NCBI GenBank assembly: GCA_012295275.1
Contig: CM022672.1
Span: 7,130,001-7,194,000 of the forward strand
Length of the DNA stretch: 64,000 bases
Direction: 5' to 3'
From: Chrysomallon squamiferum
Lineage: Eukaryota > Animalia > Mollusca
In this document: positions 35,101 through 45,361 of the stretch, one piece after another
How positions within the stretch are numbered: the first letter of the stretch is position 1
How the letters are laid out: each line of letters begins with the position of its first letter
Program-made: the position numbers and the translations under genes
The notes under the pieces: model-generated
The model's database searches: none
What the model was told of the DNA's origin: nothing
Seen by the model: only the letters and a program-made list of their open reading frames with translations

Positions 35101-38100
35101 TGGCTTTTAGAATTACAATGCGACTCGTTCATAAATTCAATGGCATTTCCAAATTAACTTTGATGAGAGTCACAGTAATGCATTCCATCGCTGATTAAGT
35201 CTGGTAAAAATCTAATAAGAACAGAGGGGAGACTGTGGAGAAATTAAACCTTGAACACTGCATATCACTGCTTCCAATCACCCAGGCTCAATGGAACATG
35301 ATCAAGATAAAGTGTTCAGAAAAAGGAAATATATATATAGCAGCAAATCATCTGACTGAAGTCTGGCTTTTTTCTTTTTTTTATTAAATCCCCAGAGATG
35401 TCTCTAGAGAGGAAATGAACTTACTTAACAGCAGTCAAAAAAATAAAAAATAAAAAAAACTGTAAATAATTGAAATAAATGGAAATGAACGCCAAACTCT
35501 GAACATAAGAAAAAGAAAAGAAGAAGAATGTAAATACAGAAAGATTAAAAAGACCAAAACCTTTAGATGAAGTCAACATAAAAGAGAAAGAAAAGTAGGC
35601 ACAGGAAGGAAAGGAGCAGAAAATCTGAAAAATATGACAGAAGATAAAAAAAAATGTAAGAAACAAAAGAAAAGAAAAGAAATGTAATCTGTATTTGGAA
35701 CATATGCTGAAACAGTAAGAAGTGGATGTGACCTAACTCTGTGTAACTATATAAAAACAGAACCAGTAAATGGAAAGGATAAAAAAGGATAAAAAAAACT
35801 TTTTTATTATTTGATTATAAATATTTAAGAAAAAAAAAAAAAAAAAAAAAAAAATTGAAAGAAATAACAAATAGAAAATAATAAATAATAATAGAGCAAT
35901 GAGTATTTTGAATATGCTTGAAAAAAATATATATACATATAAATAAAATAAAATAAAATAAAATAGGAAAACAAAATAAAACATAACTAAATTAAAATTT
36001 ACCTTGAAAACTTGATCCAGGTAATACAATTCTTCACTTATCTCAAAACCACAATTTACCTTGTAAACCTGATCCAGGTAATACAATTCTTCACTTACCT
36101 CAAAACTACAATTTATCTTGTAAACCTGATCCAGGTAATACAATTCTTCACACTTATCTCTAAACTACAATTTACCTTGTAAACGTGATCCAGGTAAGAG
36201 AATTCCAAGGTTTCTCCACACCTCGTCTGCAAGACTGACGAGAGGACGAAATGACTCTCGAAGTAACATCCCAGTACGGGTACAGTACTGGTGATCAACC
36301 AGTGGACACGGGTAACACTTGTCACTGACACCAGACGATGCAGCACTGCTCAGATCTAATTTAAGAAAATAACAGTTTTAATTTTCATAAAGGTATGTGA
36401 AAGCAATCAGGTGAATATACAGATGAGTTTGTGAGAAACAAAACAGTTCAGGTTTGTCTGACAGAGAGAGAGAGAGAGGGGGGAGAGAAAGGAAGAGACA
36501 GAGCCAGTGAGACAGAAAGAGCAAGAGAAAGAGAGAGACAGAGAGAGAGAGAGAGAGATGTTTGAAACTATGTATAAGTTGTTTGTGTTTGTGTATAAGT
36601 ACTTTCCTCTGTTTATTTCTGTCTTTTATAGCTTTTAACTACAGCTGGAATCAGTGATGCTTAATATGTGAAATAAACATTTAGCTATGGTACAAAACAT
36701 TGTTATAAGGTTACAATTATTTATCATATTCCATGAATTAATATAATCATTTTCTTTATTTATTTCTAAAAAGTTCCATATGCTGGCACCTATGAATAAA
36801 ATTTAATTACCCTTTTTCACATGTTATCATCAAAAATAATGAAATGAAAATGATAAAAACACAACCCAAGCAAACAGATTAATAATAATAAAAATAACAG
36901 AGATGTCTTTTCAACAAATAATCAGTCAGTTTTATATTTGCATAACATTTAGCCCATTTTTGCTTTGAGGGAAAACAATTACTGAATAGAAAACTACAAT
37001 ACGATTTCAAATTCCATTATTCCATGTTTACATAAAGCTAAATGTGTCTCAGGTGACCAAGTACAAACAGGCTTTCAGAATACCTTAATGTCAATAGAAA
37101 TCTCAATACAGATTTTACCCAGTTACTAGACACAAACAAATAATATATTTTATTATTTTCAAAATAAAGTCCATTCATCTGATCTATATAATAGTCTTTG
37201 CCATAAAGACACTGATATACTAAATGTTTCAAAAGCCTTTTTCATACTACATGCTATTAACTGTAAAAATCTAAAAAAATATTTTGTTTATGGTGTTCCT
37301 ATTTATATTCAATCAATACACAGCTATATCAATCCTTTATGTCTTTTTGTATTTATATATGTATGTGTATGTCTGTACACACACACATATAATATTGCAG
37401 TGTATACATACATTTACCAACTTAAAAACATACACAAACTCAATCAACTATTTAAAATGGTTATATCTGTTGAAAAAAGGAGGTCTGGAATGGACACAGA
37501 AAAGTGTGTCAGGGTTAAATAGATTGGTATCTGGGTTGGTGTTAAGATTAGTATCTGGATTGGTGTCAGGTTTAGTATCAGGTTTGGTGTCAGGGTTGGT
37601 GTTAAGGTTCATGTCAAGGTTGTTATCAGGGTTGGTGTTAAGGTTGGTGTCAGGGTTGGTGTCAGGGTTGGTATCAGGGTTGGTGTCAGGGTTGGTATCA
37701 GGGTTGGTGTTAAGGTTCATGTCAAGGTTGGTATCAGGGTTGGTGTTAAGGTTGGTGTCAGGGTTGGTATCAGGGTTGGTATCAGGGTTGGTGTCAGGGT
37801 TGGTATCAGGGTTGGTGTTAAGGTTGGTGTCAGGGTTGGTGTTAAGGTTTGTGTCAGGGTTGGTATCAGGGTTGGTATCAGGGTTGGTGTTAAGGTTCAT
37901 GTCAGGGTTGGTATCAGGGTTGGTGTTAAGGTTCATGTCAGGGTTGGTATCAGGGTTGGTGTTAAGGCTGGTGTCAGGGTTGGTATCAGGGTTGGTGTTA
38001 AGGTTGGTGTCAGGGTTGGTATCAGGGTTGGTGTTAAGGTTCATGTCAGGGTTGGTATCAGGGTTGGTGTTAAGGCTGGTGTCAGGGTTGGTATCAGGGT

Positions 38101-41100
38101 TGGTGTTAAGGTTGGTGTCAGGGTCAGGGTTGGTATCAGGGTTGGTGTCAGGGTTGGTATCAGAGTTGGTGTTAGGGGTGTCAGGGTTGGTATCAGAGTT
38201 GGTGTTAAGGTTGGTGTCAGGGTTGGTGTTAAGGTTGGTGTCAGGGTTGGTATCAGGGTTGGTGTCAGGGTTGGTATGAGAGTTGGTGTTAAGGCTGGTG
38301 TGGTGTTAAGGTTGGTATTAAGACTGGTATCATGTTGGTCTCAGGGTTAGTGTCATGGTTAATGTGAGAATTAGTACTGTTATTAGTTCTGAAATTAGTG
38401 TTAATGCTAGAGGATTAATGAAAAGATGTCTCCAAATACATCTCAGGAGGTATCAGTACTATGTTATCAACCTGTTTTCCTATAGAAGCAACACAGCAGT
38501 GCACACCACTGTAATTTATTTAAACCGACAAACCCAGTGAAACAGAGTGAACCAAGTAGTTCTATTATACACATACAACCTGCTACTCTGTTTTAAACAA
38601 TTAAGGTTTGATACTTAATGCAGCACTGACTGCTTAACAAACAAACATCTGTGTTGTCCTTACACTTGACAGAAATTAATATTTCTCTCAGTTCTCTTTT
38701 TTCAATATTTAGTTTTTCTTTTAACAGTGGTCAGTGTATTTGTATTCAACAGGAAAACTTAATAACAAATTCTTTTTTACATTTACAGTAATCACAGCTA
38801 TCTGACTATAATCTAGACTGTGTTATATGTATGATTTACAGTAATCCCAGGTATCTGACTATGAACTACACTGTGTTATATGTAATGTTTTACTTACAGT
38901 AATCCCAGGTATTTTACTATCAACTACACTGTGTTATATGTAATGTTTTACTTACAGTAATCCCAGGTATTTTACTATCAACTACACTGTGTTATATGTA
39001 ATGCTTTACTTACAGTAATCCCAGGTATCTGACTATTAACTATTTACAGTAATCCCAGGTCTCTGACTATCATTTACACTGTGTTATATGTAATGTTTTA
39101 CTTACAGTAATCCCAGATATTTTACTATCAACTACACTGTGTTATATGTAATGTTTTACTTACAGTAATCCCAGGTATTTTACTATCAACTACACTGTGT
39201 TATATGTAATGCTTTACTTACAGTTATCCCAGGTATCTGACTATTAACTATTTACAGTAATCCCAGGTCTCTGACTATCATTTACACTGTGTTATATGTA
39301 ATGTTTTACTTACAGTAATCCCAGATATTTTACTATCAACTACACTGTGTTAATGTACTGTTTTACTTACAGTAATCCCAGGCAGCAAAGGCAGACATTG
39401 TGTGTAGTCTGAGTGTCACACCTAACAGTGGTTCTACTGATGGTGGGGGAAACAGATCTGAAATAAATTATATACTGGATATAAAACACTTGTACAATAA
39501 TATAGTCAGTAGTGTAGAGCTCAAAATGAATTACAGAAAAGTCATGTATAATAATAACTGAAATATAAGACATACCTTTGACACAGACGTATTCTATCAT
39601 GTGTCTAATAACTGACACCACAGTGTCACTGCACAACAAGATACTTCCAAATCGTGAATGTAGCAAGCTGCGATTTGTGTCCCAAGCTGGCTCAAACATA
39701 AACAAATCCAGATTCTGACCAAACTGCTGCCACATGACATCCATGTACCTGGTAACAACCTGACTGCGAATAGATGTATCAGCATTATCACCCCAAGAAA
39801 CAGTTTTGCGACGTGAATCAGCTCGTGATAACACTGGAGCTTCTGTGACAGCTTTTGGTGGTCGACCAGTGACAGGACTTAGTGGGATTTTCACCTCCTT
39901 TGACTTTGTCTTCGTCTTACCTGTGTCATTTTTCCTGAGAAGAGTTGTTGAACTGCACACTATGAGCAGAAAGTTCTCTGCAAAAATCTGTTCTTTTTCT
40001 GAGAATTCAATCAAAGGAGACATGTATACAGACAGATCAGGAGCAAGAATGGAACCAACTTTTAGGAGTGAATCACTCATTGTTGAATGTAAACTAGCTC
40101 TTCCAGATGCAGTGTGGTAGTCTGATGTTTCCTGCTGGTTACTAGTGGCACAGGCTGCTGTAAGATCAACACAGGACCACTGGTACTGAGGAAAAGTCCC
40201 AGTGTTCAGAATTGTCTGAAGCTCATCACTGCTGGTAAAGAACTGATAAGACAACTGGGCAGCATACCGGGATCGTTCATTGGCAAGTATTCTTAAAACT
40301 TTAGGAAAAGGAATTGCCTTAACTGAATCACCCAGTTTTCCTGGATAATTGGCCATCACAGGATGAAGGTAATTAGAGGAGCACAATGATGATGATATTG
40401 GTGATGATGATGATGATGATGATGGCTGTTTGGACAGGAAGACACTTGGGGTGATTGAGATTTCACTGCAGAAAGTAGCTGAAGGAGTTCTTACACCAGA
40501 CACAATGGAGTTAAAATCCTCCAAGCCTCGTGTCACATTCCACATCACTTCTGGACTGAGTTTGTCTATGTCACAGTGAGCAAAACCTCAAATCCAATGT
40601 TTATCAGATGATCCAACAGCCATATTGCTTTGTTACACAGTTGAGCCAGAGTTCTCTTCACATACTCAACTTCAAGACAGAGTCTACCAAGACAGGGCTG
40701 CAACCACTTGCTTGTGTTCATCCTTTGTTTGAGAACATTCCAGTGGTTGACATGAACACGAAGGTCTTCACAGAGAGCATTCAGACAGAACAGTTTGCTC
40801 ATCTGAGTCTCTGGACTGCAGCCATGTTGAACAGCATGAGACAGCCTGCACTCCTGATTGAGAAGAGCCTCCAGTTCTGTCACATAAGCTGATGCTGAAC
40901 GAATTCTGAAGAGGCAGTCTCGGACAAACTCCAGTCTGGCATGATGTTCAAGAACACAACGTAGTTGACTGTAATCTTTGCCAAGAGTAGCAGACCTGTG
41001 GGAGTGTACAAAATATGACCCTCCATGTTCTGGATTCTTCCTACAGGCATGTCGACCTGGATTTACAATCTGGAAAGTTTTTCTAAGAAGCTTGACAGCA

Positions 41101-42189
41101 TCTTCTGCATCACTGATGTCAAATGTGGGTTCATTACTTGAAGATCTATCACCATCTGCTTCATAGCCATAGACCTGGAAAAACAAACAATCATGCTATT
41201 AAACAAAACAATTTCACACTTAAACAATAATATATAGAGTATTGCTAAGTCAAAGGATTTTGTTATGTGAGTCATATTAATTTTGTTATATTAACTCATT
41301 ACCAACAATGGAATATTACATATCATTAATCTTGCCAGAAAAAAACAATCAGAAAACTTGTACATACCAAAGCTTTTAACACAATATCCATGACTAGAAT
41401 GTGAAAACATCAAACGACACTTTTAACACTACAATCTTCTTTTAAAACACTGCTTTTTGATTATCCTAACAACTGTTATCATGTAACATTTTAGGTCAGT
41501 TTGCAGAGTATTTTCATTATATAAAACTCCAAGCTGATTTATTGCTGTACAGTTCTCCATATCTCTTAAATCAACAGTATTTTAAATATTTCAATTTACT
41601 CAAATATCAGAAAAAAAATCTTGCTGCATGCAGTAATTGCATTTAAGTCCCTGAAGAATTTATTATTTTTGCAAAGTAATTATCTTTCTCTTCAATTTTA
41701 AAGCTATCAGCATTATGAATAAACACAATACACTTTAAAATCAAGAGCTGTTTTATTTTAATGGAGGTCATTTGGTAATCGATTTACTGTTGTGATATAA
41801 AAGGAATATATATATTTTTTTAATAGTAAAGGAAATACAATTGTCTGATCATTAACAAAGTTACATTATAATAAAGAAAGTCTACAATAACAATTAACAT
41901 TAGAGGATTTGGAGAGGATCTGATTTCAATGAGAGGTTTAATAATAAAAGTTCTGAAGGACTTTAAACAAAACTGTTTGGTAGAACTATGTAACAAGATT
42001 ATTCAGCAGGACTGTGGAACAGGACTGTTAAATACAGTGTCATTAAGGACTTCAGTTGGACTATATGATGAGACTGTCAAATAAAACTTTATCCATGACA
42101 AACAAGTTTGTATGTTATGACTGTGAAGAAGGACCTTAAGAAGGATTATGCGATATCTATGTATGTAAGTGTGTGTGTGTCTGTGAATG

Positions 42190-42240
<51 letters not shown>

Positions 42241-42395
42241 ATTAACTGAATACTTGGTTTGACTGGCTGTTAAAGATTTAAAACTCTCACCTCCACTGGT
42301 ACATATGGTGGATCGTCCTCATCCACCGACTGCCACTTGCCAATTGCCTGAATGTTTGGCAGTCGACTTCTACCAGGACTGAGTGGGTCAAACAT
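31930..42395 (-). CDS. CCDC142: Coiled-coil domain-containing protein 142, about 995 aa after correcting one frameshift, 9 coding exons
   Basis: Exons 42395-42291, 41174-39576, 39457-39371, 36355-36176, 34108-33783, 33534-33420, 33098-32921, 32564-32362 and 32123-31930. The C-terminal half matches my recollection of CCDC142: MPLGKTWK, PNPYV...ILDPVVDG, QAWTDVILKEKIKFSYYGAQQLGVDF, and terminal EEWMALR...WRFPSCF. All phases fit except that exon 2 is one base short. Confidence 0.85.
32127..32270. repeat. (AAT)n microsatellite directly at the CCDC142 last acceptor
   Basis: Direct reading; (TTA)n on the transcribed strand replaces the polypyrimidine tract. Confidence 0.95.
32362..32564 (-). CDS. 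CCDC142: CCDC142 exon 8
   Basis: ttttag|SYYGAQQLGVDF...DCSDEDM-A|gtaaga. Confidence 0.9.
32921..33098 (-). CDS. CCDC142: CCDC142 exon 7
   Basis: ttccag|EFSAKPNPYVEDVL...ILKEKIKF-AG|gtaaac. Confidence 0.9.
33420..33534 (-). CDS. CCDC142: CCDC142 exon 6
   Basis: gtacag|GRSGASMKLFQEKCSQVAFNFLHNNMPLGKTWKRKTPL-G|gtaaa. Confidence 0.88.
33783..34108 (-). CDS. CCDC142: CCDC142 exon 5
   Basis: ttccag|DRDLLTRQEVDLR...SSWSVGSFLLITHTDLK...NFELQ|gttgt. Confidence 0.88.
35997..36205. repeat. Tandem repeat, ~3.5 x 57-59 bp, spanning the CCDC142 exon 4 donor
   Basis: TTTACCTTGTAAACCTGATCCAGGTAA unit; donor-equivalent positions 36002, 36059, 36116 and 36175. Confidence 0.95.
36176..36355 (-). CDS. CCDC142: CCDC142 exon 4
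   Basis: aattag|LSSAASSGVSDKCYPCPLVDHQYCTRTGMLLRESFRPLVSLADEVWRNLGILLPGSRLQ-G|gtaaat; phase 1-1. Confidence 0.8.
37505..38355. repeat. 12-bp minisatellite (GGTTGGTRTCAG / GGTTGGTGTTAA / GGTTCATGTCAG variants)
   Basis: About 70 units of 12 bp in CCDC142 intron 3; homogeneous centre, degenerate ends. Confidence 0.97.
38780..39382. repeat. Minisatellite of 58/34-bp units with a 208-bp higher-order period, spanning the CCDC142 exon 3 donor
   Basis: TTACAGTAATCCCAG-like cores at 38783, 38836, 38894, 38952, 39010, 39044, 39102, 39160, 39218, 39252, 39310 and 39367. Confidence 0.97.
39371..39457 (-). CDS. CCDC142: CCDC142 exon 3
   Basis: atttcag|DLFPPPSVEPLLGVTLRLHTMSAFAAWDY-T|gtaagt; phase 1-1. 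Confidence 0.85.
39576..41174 (-). CDS. CCDC142: CCDC142 large exon 2 (contains 1-nt frameshift at 40582-40585)
   Basis: ttccag|VYGYEADG...; ORF-track entries 40566-41186 and 39367-40548 abut in different frames; ends YVCVK-G|gtatgt. Confidence 0.85.
42291..42395 (-). CDS. CCDC142: CCDC142 first coding exon
   Basis: Acceptor tttgtag| at 42409. In-frame TGA, then MFDPLSPGRSRLPNIQAIGKWQSVDEDDPPYVPVE|gtgag. Confidence 0.75.
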
Positions 42396-42734
42396 CTTTG
42401 TATGTCATCTACAAATAAACAAACAAAAAATAAACTAACAAATAAACAAACAATCAAATAAATAAATAAATAAATATCACATTAGAATTTTTATTTACTA
42501 GGCAAAAAAGGTTATATAACATACATGTGAGTAAATTTCAGTAGCTATGAAATACATATCCCTTTTCCATTAAATACATTTTCTAACAGAAAACAAACTG
42601 CAATATGAGACAGAATATTACTTTCAGTCTACCAGTCCCAAAAAGGCAATAATAAACAGTTTCAGGTATACATTAATTTGGTCTTAGTATCAGTTTGTCT
42701 TAGATGTGATATACATGAAAGACACATCTGTGTG

Positions 42735-42790
<56 letters not shown>

Positions 42791-44591
42791 AACTGCAGTG
42801 CATTCCTGTGTGTGTGTGTGCGTGTGTGCATGCGTGTATGTGTGTGTGTGTGCTAACTGCAGTGCATTCCTGTGTGTGCCAAACAACCACAAAGGCAGCA
42901 AACTATCAATTAATCAAGTGACAGTTTACACATACCAGTTTTAATAGTGAACAACACATCAGTGAAGGTAAAATATTTCTCAGATTGCCAGCACTGACAG
43001 CAAATTACTGATGTCCAAAACAAATCACTATCTGCTTAGTTACTGAGAACAAATGACTTATCAAACATCAATAGCACATCTTTGGTTCCTAACCCATCAC
43101 ACTGATGAATGTATAAACACTTGCACAAAAACATTTGAGTACATCCATATACTGTGAACTGTGACATCATTAAACCTTCCTGAACATCTTATGTTTTCAA
43201 ATAACAGGATCATTTTTTAAAATTGGCTGTACTGAAAATAAGAACTGGTTTTTTTAAAAATGTTCTTGTGTGTGTGTGTGGTTGAATGAGTTTATGGATG
43301 AGTGTTTGTGTGTGTATATGTATGAGAGAGAGAAAAAGAAACATCAAAAAAAAAAAAAAGAAAAAAAAAAAAAAGCTCCAGATAAACTGAGTAATAAACC
43401 AAAGTTTATTCTAACAACATTTTCAAATTATTACCTCAGTTTGAAATCCAAATATAACTCAGTTACATAAAAACATAAATCAAGCCATTTCTTTTGTCTT
43501 TTCTTTATTTTTAAGCATACTTAATTCATAAATAAATTCTAACCAATGTATAAAAACTAAATTCACAACATAATGAACTATAATAATATTTGTACATTCT
43601 TCTAACTATTTTAACAAGTTAGTTTCAGGTATTATTTAAAAATATTTTTGAAATACTTTATAACTTTACCTTTCGTTCCTGTTATGAAAACTTCTGCTCT
43701 GTTAAATAAATATATTGATTTCTCTTCAAAACAGTATCTCCGACCAGTATATGAATAAAAACACATGATAATTCATGCATAATTAACAGAATTACACTGA
43801 ATATCCTTATCAAAACAACTCATGCATGAAACACAGTTATCCCCTCCTTAAACCAAACATTTATCAAGAAACTTCTAACAGACATTAAAAGCACTTCAAC
43901 TTTGATATTTTTACACACCCACATCCATTAAACATAAACCAACAAATGAAATGCGGGTGATATATTCACTTATAACTCTGTAAAAAGGCTTGGTAATACA
44001 TTGATCATGCTGTCCTTGGAGGTGTATCTATGTCAAGACCAAATTCCTCACAGGACTGTGATTAATCCTTTAGGTAAAAGAAAACTGAAGACCAATCAAT
44101 AGGAAAGCAGTGACCCACTTGATCTATGTCCAGAATAGGTCATGCTGTTGTGACAACAAACAACATTTTGTTGCTACAGAAGTGAGACATTCTAGTCTGG
44201 TGTCACTGTTTTATGAATAAGAATTCAATCTGACTCCAAGCATGAAAGAAAAAAAGAAAGAAAAAGTCCAGAAAATGTCACTCAGGTTATATCAGCAGTT
44301 TCCTGTGCACACACATACACACACTGAATGTTTTAAAAAAATCAATTAATGTTTAATCGGGAATGGTCAGATCAATAATGAGACAAAATGAAGCAAGTAA
44401 ATAAATGTGTATGACAGAATGTGATCATCTTTCTTACAGAGTGCATAATTACATTAAAAAAGAAAAGCACAAAAAAAAAAAAAAAAAAAAAATAAAAAAT
44501 AAAAAACAAATAATCAATTTAAGAAAAATAAATAAAATAAAAATAAATAATATAAAAAAGATAATAAATATATAATAAAATATAATAAAAA

Positions 44592-44646
<55 letters not shown>

Positions 44647-45315
44647 TTGTTTGTATGACATTGTATAGATGAAAAAGAAATCTCTATAACAATACATTTA
44701 GTTAAATAAAAATACATTCAGCACATCATGAAGAGATTTATATCAATGCCTAATGGTCTTCTAATACTTATCTTTTAACAGAAGGAAATTAATGAAGCTA
44801 TTTGCAAATTCAATTTATCACATCAACTAATCTGTTAATAACATCCATTGTTATCTACTTTTAATAGACAATTCTCTGTTTAATAGTTATATTTGTAAGA
44901 TGGACACACACTGAATGTAAAACGTTGATAACTGGATTATCATGATTAATTAACAAAAAATACATGAAACACTGTGGTGTTGCTTTTATTAGGTGTAAAT
45001 GGACATTATGTGTTTCTAAAGTAAGGAAGAAATATTTAATTATCAACAAACTCAACTTATATTTAGTCTGTGGTTATATGACATTATTCAAATACATGAC
45101 TAAGGACCTGACAGAAAGTGAAAAATAAAACTAGCTAACACCACAGAATCATTCTTTTCCAAAAAGAAAGAAGACTGTGTTACATGCACCTCACCACTGA
45201 TTGGAAAGTGTGAATAAACATGTTTTTGGACATTAGTTGGAGTGTGAAATCGCTGAATCAGAGAAACTGATCCAAATCACACCTCAGTTCATGACTATTT
45301 GTGAGGGACAGAGAC

Positions 45316-45361
<46 letters not shown>

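Noticed and set aside
37284-38279. 331-aa plus-strand ORF (LVSG repeats) and 198-aa minus-strand NPDT-repeat ORF
   Set aside because: Both are translations of a stop-free 12-bp intronic minisatellite, with no unique domain and no splice context. The resemblance to circumsporozoite-type repeats is coincidental.
38780-39382. CRISPR-like repeat-spacer appearance
   Set aside because: The intervening sequences are themselves repeated rather than unique spacers. The context is a eukaryotic intron with no cas genes.
39367-41186. Two separate genes, or a pseudogene, for the 206-aa and 393-aa ORFs
   Set aside because: They form one exon differing by a single base. All other CCDC142 exons and splice sites are intact, arguing against pseudogene decay.
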